This document shows, one piece after another, positions 9,579-17,995 of a stretch of 51,176 nucleotides of DNA. The stretch's first letter is position 1, and every line of letters starts with the position of its first letter. Where the stretch lies: positions 1 to 51,176 of the forward strand of contig CACXGX010000089.1 in the NCBI GenBank assembly GCA_902767365.1, read 5' to 3'. This DNA is from an uncultured Erysipelotrichaceae bacterium (lineage in GTDB: Bacteria > Bacillota_I > Bacilli_A > RF39 > UBA660). The notes beneath the pieces are model-generated. The model worked only from the letters and a program-made list of their open reading frames with translations, searched no databases and was not told the origin of the DNA. The position numbers and the translations under genes are program-made.

Positions 9579-9712
9579 ATGCACCTAAATACGTTGTTAT
9601 TACTGAATTTAAAAGGATAACCTTTGATACAAATCCAAAAAAAAGACATAACTATGTCCATCAAACAGTTAGATTTGATGCATATTTTGTTATAGATTTA
9701 AAAGAATTAATG

Positions 9713-9738
9713 GATAGATAACGATCTATCTTTTTTTT
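9713..9738 (+). terminator. rho-independent terminator closing the bacteriocin operon
   Basis: GATAGAT-aacg-ATCTATC stem followed by a T8 run. Confidence 0.6.
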
Positions 9739-9750
9739 AAGGAGGGATGT

Positions 9751-10482
9751 ATGAAAGAATTTGAAATAGAAAAAGAAGATGGTTTTTTTATAGGACCATC
9801 TATAATAGGAAGAAACAAGAATTTATCTTTGACTGCTAAAGGATTGATGTATGTTTTTTTTACATTACCTCCAGAATGGGATTATTCATTCAATGGATTA
9901 GTTTCAATCTGTAAAGAAGGAAAACATTTGGTAAGAAGAACAATCAACGAATTAAAAGAGGCAGGATTCATAGAAATAAGCCAGTATAGAGACGATAAAG
10001 GACACTATCAGTATAAATACATGGTTTTTAGAAAACCTCGATTAGAGAGGCATTTATGTGAGAATTCACCGAGACCCGATTTACGGACGTCCGTAAATCA
10101 GCATCAATTAAATAATAAAAAATTAAAAGATAAAATAGATAAAACAAAAAATACAGTATTTGAGCACAATATTTTATCTATTGAATTAATTAAAACAGGT
10201 TATGTTGATGAAAAAGAAGATAACCTGTTATTTTTATTTGATGAACTATTTAAAAAAGAATTGGACAAAGGACATAGTTATAAAGAACTATTTGGAGCCA
10301 TTCATTATATAGTACCAAAGGTGATATTAAGAAACTTTTTAGATGAAGATGGAAATGAAATAGAAAATAAATATGGATATTTCAAAACATCATTAAATGA
10401 TAATTTTAAAAAATTTGAAGCAACTATTGGAGAACTATGGGAAGATGAAAAGAATATAGGTGATGAAAGGAGTGAAAGGTAA
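9751..10482 (+). CDS. winged-helix DNA-binding / replication-initiator-like protein of the conjugative element
   Basis: 243 aa; SD AAGGAGGG. The N-terminus (..LSLTAKGLMYVFFTLPPEWDYSFNGLVSICKEGKHLVRRTINELKEAGFIE) is typical of the wHTH protein preceding parAB in Firmicute ICEs. Stop overlaps the parA start. Confidence 0.45.
   Translation: MKEFEIEKEDGFFIGPSIIGRNKNLSLTAKGLMYVFFTLPPEWDYSFNGLVSICKEGKHLVRRTINELKEAGFIEISQYRDDKGHYQYKYMVFRKPRLERHLCENSPRPDLRTSVNQHQLNNKKLKDKIDKTKNTVFEHNILSIELIKTGYVDEKEDNLLFLFDELFKKELDKGHSYKELFGAIHYIVPKVILRNFLDEDGNEIENKYGYFKTSLNDNFKKFEATIGELWEDEKNIGDERSER
10078..10099. repeat. 22-bp perfect palindrome GATTTACGGACGTCCGTAAATC inside the rep-like CDS
   Basis: Verified base by base as its own reverse complement; G+C-rich centre in an AT-rich gene, within the linker between protein domains. 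Confidence 0.9.
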
Positions 10483-11312
10483 TGTCTAAATGTGAAATAA
10501 TAGCAATTGCTAATCAAAAAGGTGGAGTTGGAAAAACAACAACAACTTTTAATCTAGGTGTGGCACTTGCTCAAAATGGGAAAAAAGTATTGCTGGTTGA
10601 TGCAGATCCACAAGGAGATTTAACAACATACATTGGAATTCATAATTCAGAAAATATTGAAACAACTTTATATACACTTATGGGAAGAACAATGAATGAT
10701 GTAGATCCAAATCCTAAAGAAGCAATATTGCATCATAACGAAGGAATAGATATAATTCCGACAAATCTTGAACTTGCTTCAATGGAGATGAGTTTAGTAA
10801 ATGCTATGAGTAGAGAATTTACAATGAGAAATAGCATAAAAGATTTAAAAAAAGATTATGACTATATTTTAATTGATTGTATGCCATCTTTAGGAATGCT
10901 AACAATAAATGCTCTTGCTTGTGCTGATAAAGTAATAATTCCTGTGCAATCAGAATTTCTTGCAGCAAAAGATATGAGTCATTTGATGACTACAGTATTA
11001 AAAGTAAAAAAACAAATAAATCCTGATTTAAAAGTTGGAGGAATCCTTTTAACTATTGTTGATGATAGAAGAAATTTATCAAAAGAAATATATGAAGAAT
11101 TAAATTCAACTTATGGAAAAGTATTTAAAATGTTTGAAACAAAAATACCAAGATCTGTCAAAGCTGCCGAATCAACAAGATTAGGAAAAAGCATTTTATC
11201 TTATGATAAAAATGGAAAAGTGGCAAAAAGTTTTTTAGAACTTGCAAAGGAGGTACTTGAATATGAACGAGAATCAAAAACAAGAGATAAAGATGCCATT
11301 CAATGTAGATGA
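10482..11312 (+). CDS. parA: ParA/Soj-family partition ATPase
   Basis: Deviant Walker A NQKGGVGKTTTT, DADPQGDL, IDCMPSLG motifs; 276 aa. Confidence 0.9.
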   Translation: MSKCEIIAIANQKGGVGKTTTTFNLGVALAQNGKKVLLVDADPQGDLTTYIGIHNSENIETTLYTLMGRTMNDVDPNPKEAILHHNEGIDIIPTNLELASMEMSLVNAMSREFTMRNSIKDLKKDYDYILIDCMPSLGMLTINALACADKVIIPVQSEFLAAKDMSHLMTTVLKVKKQINPDLKVGGILLTIVDDRRNLSKEIYEELNSTYGKVFKMFETKIPRSVKAAESTRLGKSILSYDKNGKVAKSFLELAKEVLEYERESKTRDKDAIQCR

Positions 11313-12228
11313 CTTTTTTACAACACAAGAACAAAGAGATGAGGATAAAAAAGAAAAAGTTGAAGAAATTGATATAGATTTAATTGATAACTTTAAAAAC
11401 CATCCATTTAAAGTAGAAGAAAATGATGAGTTAAAGGCACTTGAAGAAAGCATAAAAGTAAGTGGTGTTTTATCGCCAGTAATTGTAAGACGAAAGGAAA
11501 ACAACAGATTTGAAATGCTTTCAGGACATAGAAGAAAACTAGCAAGTCAGTTGTTAGGACTAAATAAGTTACCTTGTATTATTAAAGATTTGTCAGATGA
11601 TGAAGCGACAATTTTTATGGTAGATAGCAATCTTCAAAGAGAAAAACTTTTACCTAGTGAAAAAGCGTTTGCTTATAAGATGAAATATGATGCTTTAAAA
11701 CATCAAAGAAAAATACCTGCGAACCAACTTGACTCATCAGTGCGACAAGTTGTCGCAGTTGTAAGAAGTGATGACTTGTTGGGGGATGAACAGGGTGATA
11801 GTGGAAGACAAGTACAACGATACATAAGATTAACATTTTTAATACCAGAATTATTAACAATGGTAGATAATAATGAGTTAGATCTAAAACCGAAAATGGC
11901 AATGTCTCCAGCTGTAGAAATATCTTTTTTAAAAGAGAATGAACAGTTATGGCTTTTAGATGTAATAGAAAAGAACGAGTCAACCCCATCACATGCACAA
12001 GCAATTACTTTTAAAGAAATGAGTAAATGTGGAACTCTTACTAAAGAAGAAATAGAAAAGCAAATGTTGCAATTAAAACCAAATCAAGTTGAAAAATTCA
12101 AAATAGATGAAAAAAAGTTATACACAGTTATTCCAAAAAATGTAAAAAGAGAAAATATTGAAGAATTTGTGTTAAAAGCTTGTGAGTTTTATTCTAAACA
12201 TATAAAGAATAGAGAACTTGAAAGATAA
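11263..12228 (+). CDS. parB: ParB/Spo0J-family partition protein
   Basis: ParB-box LSGHRRKLASQLLG; ATG 11263 is preceded by SD AAGGAGGT (the track start at 11242 is less likely). Confidence 0.85.
   Translation: MNENQKQEIKMPFNVDDFFTTQEQRDEDKKEKVEEIDIDLIDNFKNHPFKVEENDELKALEESIKVSGVLSPVIVRRKENNRFEMLSGHRRKLASQLLGLNKLPCIIKDLSDDEATIFMVDSNLQREKLLPSEKAFAYKMKYDALKHQRKIPANQLDSSVRQVVAVVRSDDLLGDEQGDSGRQVQRYIRLTFLIPELLTMVDNNELDLKPKMAMSPAVEISFLKENEQLWLLDVIEKNESTPSHAQAITFKEMSKCGTLTKEEIEKQMLQLKPNQVEKFKIDEKKLYTVIPKNVKRENIEEFVLKACEFYSKHIKNRELER
11741..11757. repeat. 17-bp palindrome TGCGACAA-G-TTGTCGCA inside parB (candidate parS)
   Basis: 8-bp perfect arms around one central base; G+C-rich in AT-rich coding sequence. 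Confidence 0.8.
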
Positions 12229-12288
12229 TCGCACATTTGTAATTTTTATCAACAGTTAATATAATGCAGTCAAAGAAGGGAAGGTAAA

Positions 12289-12969
12289 ATGAAAAAAATA
12301 TTTATATTTTTATTATCTATTCTGCTAGTATTAACAATAACAATTAACTTAAAAGAAAGGAACACAGAAAAAGATGTCAAGGAAAGAAAAATTACAACAA
12401 CTTTTAACGAAGAAGTTGAAAAGACCTATGAAGATAACGAAAGAAAAGAAACAGAAGAAATTAAAGAAGAATCTAGAGAGATAATAGACGATAAAGAAGA
12501 AGTTAAAACATCTAAATCTATAGAAGAAAATAATAATGAACATGCAGTTCAAACAAAAGAAACTGTAAAAGAACAAAAAACAAAAGAAAGTACGACAAAG
12601 AAAAGTAGTACAGAAAAGAAGAATGAAACCACAAAACCTGAACCAACACAGTCAAAAGAAGAAACTAGAAAAGAAGTAGAAAGTGGAACTGTTGATTCAA
12701 GTGGTAATTCAGTAAAAGAAGAACAAGTTAAAACGGTTGTAAAAGAGCCGTGGGAAAAACTTGGAATATCAAAAGAAGAATACGAAAATAAACCTATGTA
12801 TTCTTGGATGAGAGTAGATTATTCAGTATCAAGTTGTGGTAGTGTTCAAAATTGTGAATCACAATGTATGACTGATTCTGAAGAACTATCATATACAGAA
12901 AATGTGTCTTGCATCGAAGTATATTCACATTCGGGAAAATATTTAGGAGAAATGTTAAAAAGAAATTAA
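12289..12969 (+). CDS. membrane-anchored/secreted Lys/Glu-rich protein with Cys-containing C-terminal domain
   Basis: N-terminal hydrophobic segment IFIFLLSILLVLTITI, long KE-rich low-complexity spacer, C-terminal SSCGSVQNCESQCM..CIE. Confidence 0.5.
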   Translation: MKKIFIFLLSILLVLTITINLKERNTEKDVKERKITTTFNEEVEKTYEDNERKETEEIKEESREIIDDKEEVKTSKSIEENNNEHAVQTKETVKEQKTKESTTKKSSTEKKNETTKPEPTQSKEETRKEVESGTVDSSGNSVKEEQVKTVVKEPWEKLGISKEEYENKPMYSWMRVDYSVSSCGSVQNCESQCMTDSEELSYTENVSCIEVYSHSGKYLGEMLKRN

Positions 12970-12977
12970 CACAAATT

Positions 12978-13003
12978 GTTAGGAAAAAATCCTAACTTTT
13001 TTT
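12978..13003 (+). terminator. rho-independent terminator
   Basis: GTTAGGA-aaaaa-TCCTAAC followed by a T7 run. Confidence 0.6.
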
Positions 13004-13024
13004 ATTTAAGAAAATGGAGGAAAT

Positions 13025-15751
13025 ATGAAAAAAACGAAAATAATGTTATTAATAATGATAGCAATAATTAGTGCAATATTTGTAAATACAAATGTTAATG
13101 CACAAGAATATATTGGGGATTTTGTTTATGGTGATAATACCGAAACAAAAGTTTATATAAATAAAAAACAATCAAATGGTTATACAAAGTGGAAAAGATC
13201 ATCGACTATTGTTCAAAGAAGTACAGGTAAAATTGTATATTGTCTTGAACCAATGGTAGATATTGTAGAAGGAGAATTATATAACGTAACAAGTGAAGAT
13301 TATTTAGCAGTAGCAAACCTTACTGAAGCACAATACGATAGAATTAAACTACTTGCTTATTATGGTTATGGATATGGAAATCATACAGCTCTTGATTGGG
13401 TATCAGTAACACAAGTATTAATATGGAGAACAACAAGACCTGATTTAGACATATATTTCTCTTGGAGTTCAAATGCTCAAAATAGAGATGATTCTATATT
13501 TGCTGATAAAATATCAGAACTAAATAGTCTAGTAGCAAGTCATTATAATAGACCTAGTTTTAATACGAATACAATTAACACAACAATAGGAAAAACAGAA
13601 ACAATAATTGATACAAATAATGTATTAAATTCATATAGGATAAAATCACAAAGTAACGTAAGTGCAACTATTAGTGGAAATAACCTAGTAGTAAGTGCAA
13701 CAGGTGTTGGGAATGGGGTAATAACACTTGAAAAAGTATCAAATAGATTTGGAGCAGATCCACTAATTTTTTATGCAACTGATAGTCAAAATGTTTATAT
13801 GCCAGGAGATCCAAAACCAGTTGCAGCTAAACTAAATGTTAAGGTATTAGGTGGAAAAGTTAAAATTAATAAATTAGATTTTGAAACTGAAGATAATACA
13901 CCACAAGGAGATGCAACTTTAGAAGGAGCAGTATATGGAATCTATACCGAATCTGGAGATAAAGTATCAACGATAACTACTGATTCTAATGGACAAGCAA
14001 CTTCCGATTATCTTCCTAGTTTAGGTAACTTTTATCTAAAAGAAGATAGTGCATCAAATGGATATGAACTTGATACAAGAAAATATAATTTTACTATTAG
14101 TGAAGATAACTTAAATCCTGAAATAAATGTTTATGAAAAAGTAATTAAAATGACATATAACTTAACAAAAGTAATTGCTCAAAATGAAACTGGAGATATG
14201 CTAGTTGAAGATGGAGCAAAGTTTGCTTTTATAAATAAAAATGGTGAAACAGTACAAGAAGTTATTACTGATACTGAAGGAAAACTAACTGTAGAACTTC
14301 CTTTTGGAGTATATACAGTTAAACAATTAACTTCAAAACAAGGACATGAAAAAGTTAAAGATTATACTATTGAAGTAACAAAAACAGAAACAATTAACAA
14401 AGTAATAGCAGATGCAGAAATAACAGCAAAGTTAAGAGTTGTAAAAATTGATTCTGAAACAGGTGAAGTTATCAAAAGAAGTGGGATTAAATTTAAAATA
14501 CTGAATGTTAATACTAATGAATATGTTTGTCAAACAATTACATATCCTACCCAACAAACAATATGTGAATATGAAACTGATGCAAATGGAGAATTTACTA
14601 CTCCTAAGGCATTAAAACCAGGTAATTATAAATTAGAAGAAATGGATCAAAAGATAGAAGGATATCTATGGAATAAGGAATCACATGAATTCTCTATAGA
14701 TGAGAATTCTACCTTAAGAACAGATTCAGAGTATGGAGTTATTTTTGATACTAACTTTGAAAATAAAAGAGTCAAAGGAAAAATAATAATTAATAAAGTC
14801 GGTGAAAAAGAAAGTATAGTAGAAGATGGATTTGAATATACAAACGAACCATTAAAAGGAATTAAGTTTTGTCTTTATGATATGAATAATACTGAACTGG
14901 ACTGTGGAACAACTAATAATGAAGGCAAATTAGTATTTAATAATATAGAGTTAGGTAATTATTATGTTAAAGAAATTGAAACACTGGATAATTATGTATT
15001 AGATAATACAAAACATAATATTGAATTAAAATACAAAGATCAATATACTCCAGTTATAACTTATGAAACAATAATTGAAAATAAGTTAAAGAAAGGAACT
15101 TTAGAATTTACTAAAACTGATTTTAGTGAATCAAAGACACTACCAAATACATTAATTGAGATTTATACAAATGAAGACGAATTAATTTTTTCTAAAAGAA
15201 CAGATAAAGATGGAAGAACAGTTATAAATGAAATACCAGTTGGAAAGTATTACATTTTGGAGAAAGAAGCACCAGAGGGATATTTGTTAAACGAAGAAAG
15301 AATGTATTTTGAAATTAAAGAAAATAAAGAAGTTGTTAAATCATCAATTAAAGACGAAATAATAAAAGGAACATTAGAATTTAGTAAATTAGATTTTTCT
15401 ACCGAAGAACCACTACCAAACACTTTAATTGAAATATATAACGATAACGATGAACTAGTCTTTAGTGGAAGAACTAATGATGAGGGAAAGATTGTAGTAG
15501 AAGAATTAGAATATGGGAAATACTACATTTTAGAGAAAGAAGCACCAGATGGATACTTGCTAAATGAAGAAAGAATGTACTTTGAAATTAAAGAGGATGG
15601 TGAAATAGTAAAAGCGGTTATGATGGACGAAATAATTAAAGTACCAGATACATTAAAAAATGAATCATATGGAACAATTTATTTTGGATTGATATTAATA
15701 ATTGTAGGAATAGGAGTAATAGTTTATGAAAAAACAAAAAAGAAGAAATAA
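13025..15751 (+). CDS. cell-surface adhesin with thioester domain and Cna-B/SpaA-type repeats (TIE-type)
   Basis: Signal peptide. Thioester-domain motifs VYCLEP (Cys) and TQVLIW (Gln). Multiple repeats of type GxYxLxExxAPxGY. C-terminal VPDTL-hydrophobic-KKKK sorting-signal-like tail. Confidence 0.85.
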   Translation: MKKTKIMLLIMIAIISAIFVNTNVNAQEYIGDFVYGDNTETKVYINKKQSNGYTKWKRSSTIVQRSTGKIVYCLEPMVDIVEGELYNVTSEDYLAVANLTEAQYDRIKLLAYYGYGYGNHTALDWVSVTQVLIWRTTRPDLDIYFSWSSNAQNRDDSIFADKISELNSLVASHYNRPSFNTNTINTTIGKTETIIDTNNVLNSYRIKSQSNVSATISGNNLVVSATGVGNGVITLEKVSNRFGADPLIFYATDSQNVYMPGDPKPVAAKLNVKVLGGKVKINKLDFETEDNTPQGDATLEGAVYGIYTESGDKVSTITTDSNGQATSDYLPSLGNFYLKEDSASNGYELDTRKYNFTISEDNLNPEINVYEKVIKMTYNLTKVIAQNETGDMLVEDGAKFAFINKNGETVQEVITDTEGKLTVELPFGVYTVKQLTSKQGHEKVKDYTIEVTKTETINKVIADAEITAKLRVVKIDSETGEVIKRSGIKFKILNVNTNEYVCQTITYPTQQTICEYETDANGEFTTPKALKPGNYKLEEMDQKIEGYLWNKESHEFSIDENSTLRTDSEYGVIFDTNFENKRVKGKIIINKVGEKESIVEDGFEYTNEPLKGIKFCLYDMNNTELDCGTTNNEGKLVFNNIELGNYYVKEIETLDNYVLDNTKHNIELKYKDQYTPVITYETIIENKLKKGTLEFTKTDFSESKTLPNTLIEIYTNEDELIFSKRTDKDGRTVINEIPVGKYYILEKEAPEGYLLNEERMYFEIKENKEVVKSSIKDEIIKGTLEFSKLDFSTEEPLPNTLIEIYNDNDELVFSGRTNDEGKIVVEELEYGKYYILEKEAPDGYLLNEERMYFEIKEDGEIVKAVMMDEIIKVPDTLKNESYGTIYFGLILIIVGIGVIVYEKTKKKK
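15095..15640 (+). repeat. two tandem ~273-bp coding repeats (91-aa Cna-B-like modules) within the adhesin
   Basis: KGTLEFTKTDFSESKTLPNTLIEIY..YYILEKEAPEGYLLNEERMYFEIKE is repeated as KGTLEFSKLDFSTEEPLPNTLIEIY..YYILEKEAPDGYLLNEERMYFEIKE. Confidence 0.8.
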
Positions 15752-16361
15752 TATTCTTATGTTGATATCATTTGTTTGTATCGCTCTAGGTTCTATTTTA
15801 ATTGTATATAAAATAACTCTACCTCTTGTAAAAGAAAAGCAAGAAAAAGAAGCATTAGAAGAGTTTTATGAAAATGAAATAAAGTATGATACTCAAGTTG
15901 ATAAAAATGATAAAATTGATAAAACTTCTTCTAGCGAAGAAAAAAAATCAAAATCAAAATTAGAGTATGTAGCGGTTTTAAAAATTCCTAAAATAAAATT
16001 AGAAAAAGGAATTGCTGGTAAGGGTAGTAAATATAATAGTGTCGATTATGGAATTGAAGTATTAGATAGCTCTGATGCACCTGATGTGGAAAAAGGCAAT
16101 GTAATTCTATGTGCACACGCAGGTAATTCAAAAGTATCCTATTTTAGAGAACTAGATTTATTAAAAGTTGGTGATGTTATAATGATTATTTATAAAGGTA
16201 AAACATATCAATATGAAATAGTGGATATTTATAGTATAAAAAAGACTGGAACAGCACCAATAAGAAAAGATAGAACTAAATCAACAATTACTTTAATAAC
16301 ATGTATTCATAATACTGATAGACAAATTGTGCTAATCGGAAATTTGCAGAATTCTGAATAA
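15726..16361 (+). CDS. sortase (transpeptidase) dedicated to the adjacent adhesin
   Basis: N-terminal TM, LCAHAGN (His), TLITC (catalytic Cys), downstream Arg; start overlaps the adhesin stop. Confidence 0.85.
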   Translation: MKKQKRRNNILMLISFVCIALGSILIVYKITLPLVKEKQEKEALEEFYENEIKYDTQVDKNDKIDKTSSSEEKKSKSKLEYVAVLKIPKIKLEKGIAGKGSKYNSVDYGIEVLDSSDAPDVEKGNVILCAHAGNSKVSYFRELDLLKVGDVIMIIYKGKTYQYEIVDIYSIKKTGTAPIRKDRTKSTITLITCIHNTDRQIVLIGNLQNSE

Positions 16362-16390
16362 TAAAAACTTATGTTATATTTCATATCGAG

Positions 16391-16822
16391 GTGGAAAGTG
16401 TGTCTTTAAAAAAATATGATGGTAAAATTGATTACTCTAATAAAACAAGAATTAATTTTATAGAGAGAATGTCTAGTTTAATGGTTAATTTTGTAAGCAC
16501 GTCTGATGAAGTTAATTCTTTAATAGATTTATTATATTCCAAATTAACCAAAAATATAGTTAATGATGAAATAATACATAAAGACAAAAATAATAATAAA
16601 ATTGAAATGGACAAAGATAGAATAAAAATAGAAGTTAATGATATAGATTTATTTCTATATGGATATACAATATTACTTTATGAATACAATTCATGGACAT
16701 GTAATGATGTTTTAGATGAAATTATTAAAGATTTATATTATAAACTTTATGATTTAGTGTATCCAAAATTTTCGGATGACGATAAAGAAAAATACAAGTT
16801 TTATATTGAATATGAAAATTAG
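16391..16822 (+). CDS. hypothetical protein (143 aa), leading-region side of oriT
   Basis: ORF track; GTG start region (16391 or 16400) follows GAGGTGGA; no recognised motif. Confidence 0.45.
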   Translation: MESVSLKKYDGKIDYSNKTRINFIERMSSLMVNFVSTSDEVNSLIDLLYSKLTKNIVNDEIIHKDKNNNKIEMDKDRIKIEVNDIDLFLYGYTILLYEYNSWTCNDVLDEIIKDLYYKLYDLVYPKFSDDDKEKYKFYIEYEN

Positions 16823-16850
16823 AAAGAACATAAATAAATGTTCTTTTTTT
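16823..16850 (+). terminator. rho-independent terminator
   Basis: AAAGAACAT-aaataa-ATGTTCTTT followed by a T-run. Confidence 0.6.
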
Positions 16851-16939
16851 GTGGAGGTGATGCCTATGGGCTGTTACTAGCAACTTTATTGTTGCTTTTT
16901 TATTTATAAAATTTGATTTAAGAATGGGAGGTAATAATT

Positions 16940-17287
16940 ATGTTGAATCAAGTTGTATTAGTTGGGAGACTTGTAAGAGATCCTGAAGTAGAGGAATCAG
17001 AGAATGGAAAAAAACATTCTAAAATTACAATAGCCATTCCAAGAAGTTTTAAAAATATGGATGGTGAATATGAAACAGATTTCGTTAATTGCGTATTATG
17101 GGACAATTATGCCACTTCAACTTCAGAATACTGTAAAAAGGGAGATATAGTTGGAGTTAAAGGTAGATTACAAAGTAGTACCTATGAAAAAGATGATAAA
17201 ACTATGTATAGTATGGATGTTATAGCAGAACGAGTAACTTTCTTATCTAGTAAAGCCAAAGAAGAGCCAGAAATGGAAAAAGAATAA
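16940..17287 (+). CDS. ssb: single-stranded DNA-binding protein
   Basis: MLNQVVLVGRLVRDPE.. OB-fold N-terminus typical of SSB; 115 aa with an acidic tail (EEPEMEKE). Confidence 0.9.
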   Translation: MLNQVVLVGRLVRDPEVEESENGKKHSKITIAIPRSFKNMDGEYETDFVNCVLWDNYATSTSEYCKKGDIVGVKGRLQSSTYEKDDKTMYSMDVIAERVTFLSSKAKEEPEMEKE

Positions 17288-17337
17288 AATAAGCTACTAT
17301 TAATTTAGTAGCTTACTTTATTGAAAGGAGGAAAAAT

Positions 17338-17535
17338 ATGAAAGAATATAGTGTATATATAAAAGCAATGGTAAATAAAGAATATATAATTGATTGTTAT
17401 TCAAAAGAAGAAGCAATGGAAGAAGCATTAAGTGTTTTTAATGAGGCAATGACTGATGGTTATGTTGATTTTGATAGTGTTGAAACAGTTAGTATGCAAG
17501 TAGAAGAGTGGAAAAATGATAAAAATAACTACTAA
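17338..17535 (+). CDS. small acidic hypothetical protein (65 aa)
   Basis: SD AAAGGAGG; acidic composition; lies between ssb and the putative oriT. Confidence 0.5.
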   Translation: MKEYSVYIKAMVNKEYIIDCYSKEEAMEEALSVFNEAMTDGYVDFDSVETVSMQVEEWKNDKNNY

Positions 17536-17564
17536 TAATAATAGAATAATAGTACTAGCAAGCA

Positions 17565-17620
17565 ATGGATTTGTACTTCCAAAAGAAAAATCCATCTATG
17601 TGGACACCCCAATCCCCGCA
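17565..17620. other. candidate oriT (inverted repeat plus G+C-rich stretch upstream of mobC)
   Basis: ATGGATTT (17565-17572) pairs with AAATCCAT (17588-17595), followed by CTATGTGGACACCCCAATCCCCGC; this is the only non-coding gap directly upstream of mobC/relaxase. Confidence 0.35.
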
Positions 17621-17634
17621 TTATTTAAAATGAT

Positions 17635-17946
17635 ATGAGAAAAAGAAATATAAGAAAAAATATTTGGCTTAATGAAGAAGAATACAAAAAATTGAAAAAA
17701 AAGTCAAATCTTTGTGGTATGAATGAATCAAACTATCTTAGAAGCTTAATCTTAGATTATACTCCAAAAGAGAGCCCTTCTAAAGAATTCTTTGCTATTC
17801 TTGAAGAATTAAGAAAGATTAATACAAAATTTAGTATTATTTTGCAAAGATCACTTGAAATTGGCTATTTAACAGAAAATGAATTCAATTTTTCTATAAA
17901 TACTATTGATAATTTAGTTATGGATTTGAAAAAAAAATATTTATAG
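17635..17946 (+). CDS. mobC: MobC-type relaxosome accessory protein (ribbon-helix-helix)
   Basis: 103 aa; ..IWLNEEEYKKLKKKSNLCGMNESNYLRSLIL.. matches the MobC/RHH pattern; positioned upstream of the relaxase. Confidence 0.7.
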   Translation: MRKRNIRKNIWLNEEEYKKLKKKSNLCGMNESNYLRSLILDYTPKESPSKEFFAILEELRKINTKFSIILQRSLEIGYLTENEFNFSINTIDNLVMDLKKKYL

Positions 17947-17995
17947 CTTAATAAAAATGCTATATAATATAAAGTCAAGTGGATGGTGATTATAT

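Noticed and set aside
16851-16900. Mini-ORF (MPMGCY or MGCY) after the SD GGAGG, followed by a second hairpin terminator upstream of ssb, considered as a leader-peptide attenuator
   Set aside because: The peptide is only 4-6 codons, SD spacing to the first ATG is 2 nt, and no alternative antiterminator pairing is evident. This is more likely tandem terminators plus chance.
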